Assembly: GCA_963693365.1 (NCBI GenBank)
Contig: CAVNZM010000015.1
Coordinates: forward strand, 806,001-870,000
DNA from: Amoebidium appalachense
Taxonomy: Eukaryota; Protista; Ichthyosporea
Direction of reading: 5' to 3'
DNA length: 64,000 nt
Part shown: piece by piece, positions 15,078 to 28,828 of the stretch
How positions within the stretch are numbered: position 1 is the stretch's first letter
How the letters are laid out: the number at the start of each line of letters is the position of its first letter
Position numbers and translations under genes: made by a program
The notes under the pieces: model-generated
Seen by the model: only the letters and a program-made list of their open reading frames with translations
What the model was told of the DNA's origin: nothing
Database searches by the model: none

Positions 15078-15375
15078 GACACAGTGACACACACACACAC
15101 ACACAAAAGCACGCACGCACAGTGTCACTCCTGCGCACGGACGCGCGCGCACAATCACAGCATGCAACAGATGCAACCAACGTTGCCACATACAATGTAT
15201 CGACTCCACACAGTGTCACGTGCATATGTGTACAGCCACTGGCATTGCATTTCTCCAAGGGCTAGCGCTCCATATATATTCACTGAACGTTCGAGCACGT
15301 TCCTTCGACCCTACTCTGCTCTTGGCTACGCCGTGACTCTCAAACTTGCCCACACAATTTTTGGCATAATAATTC

Positions 15376-15427
<52 letters not shown>

Positions 15428-17737
15428 TCCCCTCCCCCCAAGGCCTCCTAATCTCCCGGGCCTGGAAACTGCAGGGTTCGAATCGGAATCTAAAAATGGA
15501 ACAGGCTGGTTTGGATCGATCAAGCGGCAAAGTATATACTCTCTTTGCCTCGAGTAAACAGCGTAAACCCCAAAGTATATCGACGCGTACATACACGTAC
15601 AGGACCATTAAAGATCAGTCGACCTACGGTGACTAATTGACACATATGAAATACATACACCAATCAAATGCGACCAAACATTCCGCTGCAATTTGCTATG
15701 TGTCACGAAGCGACATGCGCCAACTTTTGCGCAAACGCAAAACCTTCAACGGCCTCCCTTGTAAAAGGATCTTTTTGCCCCTCGAAACACAGCGGTCTTG
15801 CGCATTCACACTTCGAGGTTATCTTTTAAAACAAACAATAGAAACAAGGGAACAGGTGTTGCTATTCAAGAATGGAGAGCGCGACCGGCCGATCAGCCCA
15901 GGAGCTTGAGGCTTACGCTGTTTGTGCAAGGCGGCTTCAGAGAAAACACACCCACAAACACGCACACAAACACATTCACCCTCTAACCAGGCTACTTCTC
16001 AGAGTTCTGCCCGAAGCCTATTGGGTTGCCAAGGGCATATGTACAAGTGTGATGCTTGAGAGATGGGTGATATTTATTCGTTAGCACTCAAACAGTTGGG
16101 GCCCTTCGCGTCCACACATCCATTTAAAAGCTCGACGTCGGTACCCTCACACATACACACGAATATGCACGCGCATATACACAGTGTGACGTCAACACAT
16201 ACACAGCACACACACAGACACACGTTCAGCTGTGTACGTGTGTTTGTGTTTGTGTGTGTATGTGTGTGTGTGTGGGGGGGGGGGGGGGGGGGGGGTGTCT
16301 GTGTTCGTGTGTGTGTTTGTGTGCAGATGTGTGCATGCGCGTGTGCGCACAAATGTCCGTGTGCGCGCGCGACGGGCACGCTTTTGCACGTTTGTGCAAG
16401 TGTCCGTGTACCGCAGGTGTGTACGTACCTGTGAATGCGTGGACGCATGTGGTTATTAAGTTAGTGAATCATTCCAACCGCAGTGCATGCATGTATAATT
16501 ATGTTCATACAATCACATCAAGGAATGCACAAGTACTGATTTGAACCACGTAAAGGACAGCTTCATGTAGCTACTGTTTTCTTTGTACGCCATCATGCCG
16601 TCTGTGTCCAAAAACCGAAATTCACAAGCATGACCAAGAAGTAAGAGTAAGCGGTAACCGTGTGCTAATATGTGTGGAAAATACCATGGTGGGTGAGTAT
16701 GGTTGTTTGTGTGTGTGTGTAGGTTGGGAGAGAGGGGGTGGTGTATAGAAAGAGTAACAGCCTACGGTAGGAAGTACACATTACGACGGACAATTGCAAC
16801 TCATCACACATAAAGAGTATGCCTCGTATATGTGGGGGGGGGGGGGGGGGGGGGGGGGGGAAGGCCTAGGAGGGGGGGAGGGGAGGGGGTCATCATGGCC
16901 ATGGTTGCCCATCCGCTCAGGGCCTGACGTTTCAGTGGGCTGTGTAATTATGTAATGACTGGTGCACATGCAAGTGTGTAAAAAACACCGTGGGAGGCGG
17001 TGGCGAGGTGCACTGTGGCAAAGTGCCACAGTAAGCCAACCTTTTTTTGCTTTTCCAGGTAGACTGTGTACACGTGCACGTGCAGGTCTGTAGGGTTATT
17101 TTCTGTGTGTGTGCGCGCGCGCGCGTGTCACGTGTGTGTGTGTGTGTGTGTGTGTGTACGTGGGTGGTTGAGTGTAGGTACACATGTCATAATGGTGCAC
17201 GTGAGTGGTAATCGTGGTGTGTGCCCGGTGTGTTCGCGCACACACGTGCATGCACTACATCACGGGGCATATGTACACACATGGCAGTATCACTGCCACG
17301 ACGGAGGAGGAATAGCTCAAATTTCTTTGTAGATGGGGGTTTTTGTGTCAATAGACACAGAGCCGGGGACTGGACTTTATATAAAGTAGCTTCAATAGAC
17401 CAGATTTTTATCGTGTGCGTGCCTGTGTTTTGTTTAATCTTTTTTTTTTTTTTTTTTTTTTGTGGTTGGTGGTGGTGGTGGTGGTGGCGGGGGGGGGGGA
17501 ATCGAGAGATAAAAGGGAAACACATACACACAACACACAAGGGCGGGGGGAAATCGCGATCGGGAGATAAAAGGGGAAAACAAACACCCACCCACCCACA
17601 CGCACACACACACCACTCGCGCGCGCGTGCCGGGAGATAAAAGGGGAACACACACACACACCGTGACACACGCACACGCACACGCACACACGCGCGCGCG
17701 CGCGCGCGCGGAGTTAAAAGGGGAACACACACACACA

Positions 17738-17785
<48 letters not shown>

Positions 17786-17888
17786 TGCGCGGGCGCACGC
17801 GCGCGCCGCACACACACATACACCCATTCACCTCGTCGACAAAACCCAACTCAGGCACTGCTGCACTTGAACATGGGAGGAGGGAGGG

Positions 17889-17939
<51 letters not shown>

Positions 17940-18159
17940 GCTAACTGAGTAAACAGGACCAGAACACTAACGAGAAGGATTTTATTCTAGGACAACCCAA
18001 AACCTGGTGACACAGACTTAGAGGCCACCGTGAGGGCACAGCAGGGATGGATCGCTCACGAGATTGCAGGGCCAAAAAAATGCGGCCAGGAAGGGTGTTG
18101 TGGTGTCGAAAAGTGTTGGGAAGATGTTCAGAAGGTGTAGGTTTGATTCTGAGAGGGGG

Positions 18160-18193
<34 letters not shown>

Positions 18194-19134
18194 GGGGTTT
18201 GAATGCGTCATAAAGTACGAAAAAGGGGGGTTAAAAAGCGGAACATGGTACGAAGTACAAGAACACGATGAGAAACACGGTGAAGGACACAGGCAAAAGC
18301 AAACATTCAGGTATGCAACATCAGCAACGTGCGCAGTGTGCAAAATGAGGAACTCAGGAGACGGGGCTTCCAGGCCCCCCCGTCGATACCTAAGTCCATA
18401 CTTCCCTGGCTAACATACCACACTAGCTGAAAAGAATGAAGCCCCACGGAAGAAAACTAGGAAAGTGGTTAAGAGAGACCGCATGTGCATGGGAGAGAGG
18501 ATGGTGAGTGAGTACGAAGAGATAGAGGGAGTGAGGGAGTGAAGGGGGGGGGGGGGGGGGGGGAGATAGAGAGAGGAGAGAGAGGGAGGGAGGGAGGGAG
18601 GGAGAGAGTGAGAGTGGAGAGAGAAGAGGGAGAGAGAGAGTGTGTGTGTGTGTGTGTGTTTGAATGTGTGTGCATGCGCGTGTATGCCATGTTGAGTGTG
18701 AAGAGACAGAAGGAGGGGGGGGGGGGGGGGGGGGGGGGGGGCTCCCGTGAGGAAGGGGAGCGAGAGAGAGAACGGAGAAGGAAGGAGGGAGGGAGGGAGA
18801 GGACGGAGGGGAGGGGGGGGGGGGGGGGAGGGGGGCAGCCGAGGGGGGGAGGGAAGGGGGTAAGAGAAGGGAGGATAAGAGGGAAAGAGAGAGGCCATGG
18901 GTGCATGTGAGAGCAGACGGTGCTGAGTGAAACGGGGGGGGGGAGGGGGGGGGAGTGATAGACAGAGGGGGGGGGGGAGGGGGGAGAGGGAAAGGGGTAA
19001 GAGAAGGGAGAATAAGAGGGAAAGAAAGAAACCGTGTGTGCACGTGGAGAGAGGGAGGGGGGTAGGGAGGGAGGGAGGGAGGGAGGGAAGAAGGGAGGGA
19101 GGGAGGGAGGGAGGGAGGGAGAAAGAAAGAGAGG

Positions 19135-19183
<49 letters not shown>

Positions 19184-19217
19184 GGGAGGGAGGGAGGGAG
19201 GGAGGGAGGGAGGGAGG

Positions 19218-19258
<41 letters not shown>

Positions 19259-19270
19259 GGAGAGAGATGA

Positions 19271-19306
<36 letters not shown>

Positions 19307-19413
19307 CAAGCATAGCCTAAAAACAAACCGAGTTCCACAACCTTTGCTCATGCATGGAGAGGGGGTGGGAGGATGGGAAAGATGGGAATGGGGAAGAACC
19401 GTGTGTGTGTATG

Positions 19414-19466
<53 letters not shown>

Positions 19467-19692
19467 TGGTGGTGGGGGGGGGGGGGGGGGGGGGGCAAGG
19501 GGGTTTCGTCGCGACAAAATGTTTATGCGGCTCGATTGAATCATGATGTCATGGTTACAGAGCAAAAGCACGTGATTTGCAAATGGAGTCGGAGGCTTAA
19601 GGGAATTTCTTGACCGATGTGAGTGGCCGCAAGAGGCGACAAAAAAGACTAAAAAAAAAGGAAAATCAAAATGGGTGGGTGGAGGGGGGGGG

Positions 19693-19733
<41 letters not shown>

Positions 19734-19816
19734 GTAGAGCACAAAAGTCGAAAGTTGGGAGATTGGGATTACTTAAACGTGTGCAGTAGGTGTTGGGAAT
19801 AACGGAAAAAGAAAGA

Positions 19817-19849
<33 letters not shown>

Positions 19850-20989
19850 GTAATTCAATTCGCGATTCACAGGGGGAGGGGGGGGGGGGGGGGGGCTCCT
19901 CCCCTGAACCATAGTGTCAGAATGAGAACCACTTTGGTACTGCTGAAATGGTAACCGGCTGGCATCGGAATAGGAGGTCGAGCTAGGCTCAGTGGTTTGT
20001 AACATGTGCTCTTGGTAAGGACACAACTCAGGGCTCTACTCATCTGCTCTACTCCGTATGCTCCAGGTCACCTTCCAAAGTTTGGGTGACTCTGGATGGC
20101 TCCCAGCCGCCAACTCGCAAAAATTCTACCATCCTAACACTATGAGCTGAAAATAATGAGCCCTGGAACGTTTCGCCTCAAGTGTAAGATAGGGAAAAGA
20201 CACACGTGTCACCTCTATGTTAGCAACGGTTCCGTGCAAAAAAACAAAACATGAAACGTTGCAATTGGCCCATTGAGTCCACTGTTAGTGTTGGAGCGCA
20301 AAGCTGTAGCGGTGCCAACCGTTGCGGCAACAACTGCTCACTGCCCGCAATGCGCGATTGGCAGAATTGGCTTGCGCAAGCATGACATCAGGGTCTCTTC
20401 AGCCCAGCGAGATACTGTTAGGGCCTGTTTGGCAACCCGGGTTTAGGGTCCTAAATCCGGATTACGGGCGATTTTGGGTTTAGCGCTAAATCCAAATCTC
20501 AAAATCCAGCCGCTGCCAAACAGACGGCCAGATCCGGTCACGTAAATCTGGGTTTCAAACCCCTCGGACATGGCCGTAATCTGGATTCCACTAATCCACC
20601 TCGGGAGGTGGATTAGCGCGAAATCCTTTCAGGTCCTGAATGTCCGACCCAATGAATGTTCATTTTATGGAACTATATATGGTGTCCTTTTGCACCAATC
20701 GTCGATAGTTTGAAGTGGCCAAAAAAGGATTGTTGAAAGGGCGCCAATTTCTTTCTTTTTTTTGTTATGGTGTGGGCGGGGGGATAGTGCAAGAAACATC
20801 TTTTACGTGTAGAAGTGAGTATGATGTAGTGATCACCGTTTGAAATCATTGTTTTAGTGTTCGGCCTCGCCGCCTGGTGCAGCATTAGTAGGAATACAAA
20901 AGTACTCAGAATGACCTTTGCAACATCATGTGCAGAAAGGTGTGTGTGTGTGCAGTTTTTTTCTTTTCTTTTACCTACTATCTTTCTTT

Positions 20990-21029
<40 letters not shown>

Positions 21030-21031
<2 letters not shown>

Positions 21032-21445
21032 TTGAATGCGTCAAAAAGTACGAAGTACACAAGAACAAACGGATAACACGATGCAGAATGCAAGCCATAC
21101 ATAAAGAGTATGCATAATAAGCAGAGCCCATCCTCAGGGGGGGCCCACGTCATCCACAGTACCCGAGTTTCGACCTATTCCCCTCGTTAACGAAACCCAA
21201 CTCAGATACTGTTTCACTTGAACATGAGTAGGTCACCCGTCTTGATCAGAGACGAGCAGGGTTGCTTATGCAGGCAAGGGCAGTGGGAAAGGCCGGGGGT
21301 TAAAGTTGCAGCAGTAAGCAGAAGCAAGAAAAATATAGATAGGAACTCAGGAGACGGGGCTTCTAGGAAGCTCCCCCGTCGATACCTAAGTCGATACTTC
21401 CCTGGCTAACATACTACACCAGCTGAAAAGAATTAAGTCCCGAAG
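21030..21445 (-). repeat. Longest copy of the poly-C-anchored dispersed repeat
   Basis: On + strand: G-tract then TTTGAATGCGTCAAAAAGTACGAAGTAC...; nearly identical to 32692-32997; the distal part is also found at 18348-18445. Confidence 0.85.
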
Positions 21446-21612
21446 GCCACAGAATTCGTAATCAGAGGGGAAAATATGAGATTTGACCCACGCCGCAGGG
21501 TAGTAACACGCTTACTAGGGCGGAACTTTATCGTCTTCGAGGGGGGGGGGGGGGGGGGGGACGGGGACGGGACGGACACATGTCACTGCACGATTCAGTG
21601 CTCATTTACTAT

Positions 21613-22554
21613 TCACCAGGCACCCTGTGCCCTGCTCGTGTAGTCAACCCACATAGCTGCAGCAATTTGATCTCTTCTGGCATCTGCCTCTGCCTCGTCT
21701 TCTTGTTGGTTTTGGTTGCCCCTGCCTAACACAGAGTTAAAAAACATCAAGGCCTTTACATCAAGCATACAGTCTTATAAATCATCCCCCTACCCACCCC
21801 CTCCTTTCCCCTGGTTCCCCACACACACCAACAACGCTGCCGCCGCTCAGAGGCACACTCCATCCCAACTCGAGCAATATCAGTCACACCACAAAAACCA
21901 CATCAAAAAAACGTGCAGACGCACACTCCAACCCATCTTGACCCGTTGCCCACCACAAAACCAGAGAACAAAATAAAAACAAAAATAACTGAAAAACTGG
22001 TAGAGGAAGAGAAACAAAACCAAATGCAACCAAAGACTTACCACGTGTAGGCAAGTTGTGCTGCTCTTCGTCTGAGTAGTGGCCATGCTCCATCGCGTTG
22101 TGCTTTTTTATAAAGTTCATAAGTAGAAAGCACACAAGAATGATCTTCGAGAGCATCTTAGGACAGTAGTTGGTGGCTTTCTGGAGTATCTGAAAGCGGT
22201 TTTTCAGCATACCATAGAACCGCTCAATGACCACCCGCGCCTTGGCATGCCTCAGGTTGAATAACTCCTTCGCATTCTGAGGACTAGAACACGACACATG
22301 AATAGACAACACCAGACACTTCAACATCAATATGACAGTGTGTGTGTGCGGGTGGCTGTTTGTGTGTGTGCATGTTCGTTTAGTGTGTGCACGCGGGCAT
22401 GACCCGTGCGGGCACACGCGGACGCATGTGTGTGTGCGTATTTGTACACGTGAGTCTGTGTAGGTGTTTGTGCATGCGCGCACGACCTTCAGGTTGGATG
22501 TGTAAACTATCTATCTCTCTTTTTCTCTCCCTATCCACTCTCTCTGTGCATGTG

Positions 22555-22620
<66 letters not shown>

Positions 22621-23700
22621 TGTGTGTGTGCAGATCAAAAGGAAACAGGAAAAGCACACTTTTTTACAGATGTAGGGAGGGAGTGATGGGTCGAGGGGCC
22701 TTCTTTTTTTGGGGGAGGGGGGAGGGGGGAGGGGGGGGGGGGGGGCTAAATACGCCATTGCTCCCGTCCCGTACTCCTTCAGATGATAGCGGACTCCTCT
22801 GTAGGGTGCCAAAATTTCGTTTGTGTTCGGGTAGCCCTGGTCACCCAGGTAAACTTTCCCCGTCGGCACACGTAAATTTTGTGGAGGGGGCTGCTCGAGG
22901 GCACAGTTCAACACTGTGCTGTCTGCACCACATCCCTCCCCACCGGGCAAACAATATGTGGAATATGCTTCCCAGTCGCATGCACCCAATACATTTTGTG
23001 CTGTGAAACCTTTCCTGCACCGATACCGATCAGCAGCCTCCGGTTTGACCTTGCACGGAACAAGAGTGCCATCAACTGCCCCGAGAACAATACGGAAGTA
23101 AGGCCAAAACTCAGGGTTTTCACGCACCCAACTAGGCACCATATATGACTCATCGGGTTGAATCATGTATTCTTCCCCGAGAGCAGCAAGCGTGGCATCG
23201 ATGCCTTCTCGAAAACGCCTGCAGCACACAATGATGTCTGATTATTTTCCACATTCCTACATATAAGCTTCATTGAAAACAACAGCAAAACCTTGAGACA
23301 GTGCACGCGCACGTGCACCCTGGACAGTGGAACACAACCCATTCGGAGCATTGTTGTTTAACAAGCACAGACAAATGCTGCAAACACACAGCCAATAACA
23401 TAATTCAACAGGGCAGGAGTCATAGCACTACATACCGGCTCACGGTCTCGGTGCTGTGTTGGAAACGTTCGGCAACGTTCCTGACTGCAACACCCTGCCC
23501 AAGGGTATACAGCATCATGCAGGTAACTTCCTGAGCGTCCATGTTATCACTCTCTTCAATGAATGGAGCCAACTTCTCAATTAACTCCCTTGCAACATAT
23601 GGACTCACGCGTAGGACATCGTTCACCCTTGTCTCGTGAGCTGTGCCAAGCAGTTCTTGCACATACTCTCTACCACTGAGCGGTGATGAACAGCGTGACA
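21613..23700 (-). pseudogene. Harbinger/PIF DDE transposase, 4 exons, 5'-truncated
   Basis: Exons ~23700-23436, 23218-22754, 22283-22042, 21725-21613: GREYVQELL...RFQHSTETVSR, GAVDGT, RCRKGFTAQNVLGACD, YLGDQGY, APYRGVRYHLKE, ELFNLRHAKARVVIERFYGMLKNRFQIL, RDQIAAAMWVDY*. DDE triad intact, but no ATG before the subterminal repeats and consensus GWEG reads GGEG. Confidence 0.85.
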
Positions 23701-24890
23701 GCTGCAGAGCAAATCTAACCCGAAATCGTACGTGGGCTGTTTGGCATCCATGGGTTCTACCCGGCTTAACCCAGGTTTCGGCTGAGATCCGGATTCTGCA
23801 GCATAATCTGGATCTCGATTTTGATATCCAGATATCCCCCGAAATCCAGATTACACTAACCCGCGTTGCCAAACAGGCCCTTAGTGTTGGAGCGCAAAGC
23901 TGTAGCGGTGCAACAACTGCTCTGCACTTGCCCGCAATGCGCGATTGGCAGAATCGACTTGCGCAAGCATGACATCAGGGCCTCTGCCGCGACTGAACAC
24001 GCGAAGCTTTCCAAGGCTCACTGACCCGCGAGAAGAAACATGACTACTTGAAACCGTCATACATGATTAAATTATACACACAAACACACATAAATGCATA
24101 AATGTGTATTTCTGTTTCAGCTGTGGAGCTATTCTGGTTGCGTGTGCCAACCAGGGTTGCAGTGGTAGGAGTGGTGGTGGTGGGTGTGGCGTAAGCGGAG
24201 AAGGGGGAGGAGGAGGGGGGGAGGGGGAGGAGGGAGGAACACTGGCACACTCACACACACACGCGCACACAAACACACAAACACCCATGATACATGCTCT
24301 CACTCCTGCGCCGAGCAAAGAGCCGGTTAACACACAACTTCAGACTCCGGCGTCGGCACAGTGGAAACGCAAACACGCACACACCCAAACATGTACACAG
24401 TCACACACGCACGCACGCATATACACAAAAGGCCTAAAAAAAACACGCACACCCCGCCGCACAACCACACACACACATACTCACCCATCCACACACACAC
24501 TCGATAGCTCTCTCTCGCTCACTCTCGCTCTCACTCTCACTCTCCCTCCCTCCCTCCCTCTTTTTTTCTAAGCATAAGAAGCTTAAGCCATGTTGTAAGT
24601 GTATATACTTGGTTCGGCCATATTTAGTTTTCAATAAGAGTTGCTAGATGGGCAGGAAAAAGGTCGGAAGGTAGCAGAGACTATTGTTTATTGGTACTGC
24701 GAGTGTGTGTGTGTGGGGGGGGGGGGGGGGGGGGGGGGGGGGGTGGCGGGGGGCAAAACCTCTAGTGATGGTTGGAGCGGTAGGCACCGGGAAACCACAC
24801 GGTTAGCTGTGCAAAGGGAGGAAATGGGGAAGAACAAGCCTAGCCAACCAGGCACCCTCCCAAAGTGTCAGGATGCGTGGTGGTGGTGGT

Positions 24891-24924
<34 letters not shown>

Positions 24925-26959
24925 TGTGAATTTGAGTTGCTTCCTATTATTCTCCCTTCCCCCCCTTTCCTTCCGTGTGGCGGGTTTCTTAATTCAAAAC
25001 TCCTTATCTTAGGGTAAATATAGCCCGCCACCCATCATGGAACGTGGTTGCTCAGAGGCTCCTTCGGCTTTACAAACTGCAGCACAGTGCCTTTCCTGCC
25101 CGAAGGCCGTAGTTGCGTAGTTGGACTGGCAGCCATACACACTATTCTGAAGAGGCATCTTTATACCCCATTTTAGATTAGCTAAATACGTAGCTCAACG
25201 GTGTTCAAGGGCCAATGATTTTGGCATGCGTTTGGTGTTTGTCCTAAGCAAAAAACAACAACAGTATGAGGCTCAGCATGCTCGGAAACTAACAACAGCT
25301 TGAACAGTCAGCTACGAACGATGCGATTGGCCAATTTGCCCGCCAAAACCAGCCTGTTACTATTTTCGGAACAGATCTCTCATTTTTGATGCTATTTTCG
25401 GAACAGGCTGGAATCGGTGATCATTTCGGGTCAGGCTGGAGTAAGATCGTGACGCACCAGTTTCCAGGCCCGGGAGATTAGGAGGCCTTGCCTCCCCCTC
25501 CCTCCCTCCCTCACTTCCTCCTTGGCATAAATGCAACTCCCCCCCCCCCCCCCCTCCCCCCCCCCCCCCCCTTCCTCCTTGGCATAAATGCAACCTCCCC
25601 CCCCCCCCCCCCTCCCTCCCTCCCTCCCTCCCTCCCTCCCTTCCTCCTTGGCATAAATGCAAACCCCCCCCCGGCCCCCCTTCCTCACCTCCCTCCCCCC
25701 CATGATTTGACAGTAATGTGGCGCCGGCACGCAATCTTGCACCCTCAGTGAAAATCCATGCTAGCTATAGGACCAAGACCCTACAATATTAATATTAACA
25801 TAGTACAATAACTATTTATAATATCATCTTGTATTCGACAAGACTGCTATTGAACTGAGATCATCGGATTGCACGCGTACTACTAGTGCGCTCTATGTAT
25901 GTAACGCCATCCTCAGTCATACGCGGTCACATCTCCAGGGAATTATTACACATGTTGCAACAATCGAAGGACGGGTACATGCATATGTACATGTGCTGTA
26001 CAGTGATAATCGCAGCACTTTCCATATTATACCTACTATTAATATTGTGTCTATTGATATATACTATGATTACTGTTGCATATCATGCACATGACATGAG
26101 TCACGGTTTTGTTGAAATGCACGCCTATATGGTCATCCACACGCTTTTCCGTCAGAGAATGGCGCTTGAAGCACTGATTGCATGCTACACGTGTGTTGCA
26201 ACATGGCGTGTCGACACGGTTTATCAATTTATCATGGTGTCACACCCCACGGCCAACATGCTGGCGCAGTATGATTGGCTACTTTTTGGCGCCGCGGGTT
26301 AGACCCCGTGACTAGGCTGCACGTCTTTGGAGTAGATGACTGGTAACCAATCAACAGACGATAATTGTTAACCGTCGGCTCCTCCTGTGGAGCCATACAC
26401 GTGATCTAATTAGCACGCCTGCATGGGTTACACTTGCCAACAAATAAACGCTTCAAGACATGACAGCATAGCAACTACGGGGAGATATAATATATATTTT
26501 GTTTAGAAAAGAAAAAAGAACGATGCATTGATATGGGCATAACCTATTTCTTAGCACAACCTCCACCTGCGCGGTATCGATGACGCACACAGTCGCCATC
26601 TATGTCGTTGTGATATACAACGTTTGATTGGCTTAAATAGAATTTCATTGTTGCCGGGATTGGAGGAACCGTATTCCAATCATATTCATTCAAAACCCAC
26701 GCAGGAATTTCTTGATTCAAAGTGGGGCAAACTAGGATCAAAAACACGCAGCCAGGCTAGTCCATATAAACAAAAACTGCTTTTGAACATATTATCGTAT
26801 AAAAGCTGCATAAATAATTACATTTTCATGTCATATGTTACATATTTTAGAAATTAACTGTTTTATGATCATTCTGTAATGAATAATAAGCGCGAATTAG
26901 CGTCTCATATAGATTACAGGATTTGCACATCTCTAGCCCGTACATGTGACTGGTTTATT

Positions 26960-27025
26960 GCTCCAGCCAATCACCAGGCACGTAATCATTGGCGTCAACT
27001 ATATAAACAGATCGCGTCAGTCACC
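26960..27025 (+). promoter_or_regulatory. Candidate core promoter of the PDZ gene
   Basis: CCAAT (~26967), ATTGG (~26988), TATATAAA (~27000) and TCAGTC (~27017), about 150 bp upstream of the first ATG. Confidence 0.35.
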
Positions 27026-27164
27026 ATCATCACAATCACCGACTGGTTCGCTCTCCCATCAGCTAAACTGCTGAAGTGCCTGTTATATCACGGCACCGAG
27101 TTACCCTCAATTGATTGACATACACAAGCAAAATATACCGAATCAGTGAAAACAAAGTAAAGAA

Positions 27165-27954
27165 ATGACAATGGACTCTCTCCTGGGCATGTTGAGCTGG
27201 CCATGGGCCACGCAGTCAATCCAGCAGGAAACTACGACACCCGCACCTCGGCAAAAGAAACCCAAAACGTCCGCCACAAACATGCACACAAAACGGCCGG
27301 CAATGGCACAAAGACCAGATAGAAAGTGCGTTGCGGACGTCCCAGCAACTGTGTCAACGACAAGCACAGACAACGGTGCAGAGGCCACAACGGCGCGAAA
27401 TTCGTCTGCACAAAGGTGAAGGTGTTCCTTTTGGTATCGCCATTTCCAGACTCGGCTCAAGCGTCTACATCACTTCCGTCGACAGAGGTTCCCCAGCCTG
27501 GCGCGTAGGCCTAACAATTGGCGACCGTATCGACATTGTAAACGACGTGCACGCCTACCAAACACGTGTGAGCGCACAGGCGGTTATGGAAGAACTCGCT
27601 AAAAGTGAAGAGGTTGAGTTGCTCATCTGCGACGCACCGCTTGTTCGTCGTGTGGTTGTTAACAAGGAGACGTCCGGGCAGAAACTCGGCCTACACTACG
27701 AAGACCTGCAAATTAGCATACCGCGGCCGGGCACGGCGCTAGAGCCTTTTGCTGAACAGGTGGCAGGGTTGGGTTTGCTGCATATTGACGATATGAATGC
27801 TACCAGCCTGCCCCCCAAAATGGCCTGCAAGGTTGCCGGTCAGTGGTTTTCGTCAAAGGGGTCTATTGAGCTCACGCTGGCTCCGGCTTTTTTTGTGGAG
27901 GAAGTTATGTATGTGAGACAGTTGCAAGCTAGCCGTCGTGCTTATCACTATTAG
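27165..27954 (+). CDS. Syntenin-like tandem PDZ protein, intronless; frameshift between the ATG and the PDZ frame (pseudogene or assembly error)
   Basis: REIRLHKGEGVPFGIAISRLGSSVYITSVDRGSPAWRVGLTIGDRIDIVN (PDZ1), DAPLVRRVVVNKETSGQKLGLHY (PDZ2 start) and LTLAPAFFVEEVM parallel syntenin (REVILCK...RPFERTITMHKD...ITIMPAFIFEHII). The PDZ frame is open from 27196 but has no upstream ATG; ATGs at 27165/27171 are in another frame. Confidence 0.75.
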
Positions 27955-28587
27955 TCTATTATTGTACATGGTGAATGATTCAAAACTGGCTAGGTATATA
28001 ACTCAATTATTCAATTTATTATACATAATGTGTTGGTGACGAATTAAGGCAAAGACAAATGCGAATGTACAGCATGATGAATATGTCATTATAACAGTAA
28101 TTTTCAGGCAGGATGCTTGACGATTGCAGATCGTAATTCCACCCCTTGTGGTAACCACGGGCACAGTGCTGGTCACGTGCACATGATCCAAAAATACAAA
28201 CCAATCAATTGATCAAAAACTCGCTGGCGTGAATGCAGTTAATGACATGCACACAACGTTTGTGCAAACGAAAATAAATCTTATTATGTTAGCAACAGTG
28301 ACAACCTCATTTACTCTTTGGCTAGAAAAAAATTTTCTCTCTTGAGTTCTTTTTTTTTCTTTTCTATTTCCCGACCAAGTGGTGCATATATGTTCCTGCT
28401 CCCCCCCTACCTCCTACCCCCCCCCCTCCCCCCCCTCCCGCCTCCCACACACACACAGACACACACCCAAACAAAAATCACACACCTTTGTTTTCTTCTT
28501 CCTATTTTTTCCAGTTTCCCTTTCATCCTAGTTAGTGTGTGTATGTGTGGGTGTGCGCATGTGCGCGTGTGTGTGCGCACACGCACG

Positions 28588-28716
<129 letters not shown>

Positions 28717-28789
28717 ACACACACACACACGCACGCGCGTTTCCGTGCGCGTACATGTAGATTTGCACGTGCACGAGCGTTTACGAGCA

Positions 28790-28828
<39 letters not shown>

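Larger units (their letters stand above)
20421..23880 (-). mobile_element. PIF/Harbinger DNA transposon (deletion derivative) nested in the hAT-like element
   Basis: TIRs GGGCCTGTTTGGCAAC / GTTGCCAAACAGGCCC, TTA TSD (20418-20420, 23881-23883), AATCC/GGATT subterminal repeats, contains a Harbinger DDE transposase. Confidence 0.92.
15439..25490. mobile_element. Large non-autonomous DNA transposon, hAT-like (33-bp TIRs, 8-bp TSD)
   Basis: Perfect TIR CAAGGCCTCCTAATCTCCCGGGCCTGGAAACTG at 15439-15471, inverted at 25458-25490; TSD CCTCCCCC at 15431-15438 and 25491-25498; subterminal GGAACAGGCTGG at both ends. Possible degenerate hAT transposase scraps on + strand (TSSDGWS ~24760; WHAFG/FVLSKK ~25223-25256). 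A P-element assignment is not excluded. Confidence 0.8.

Noticed and set aside
26544-26747. 67-aa minus-strand ORF (EIPAWVLNEYDWNTVPPIP...)
   Set aside because: No recognisable motif and no linked exons.
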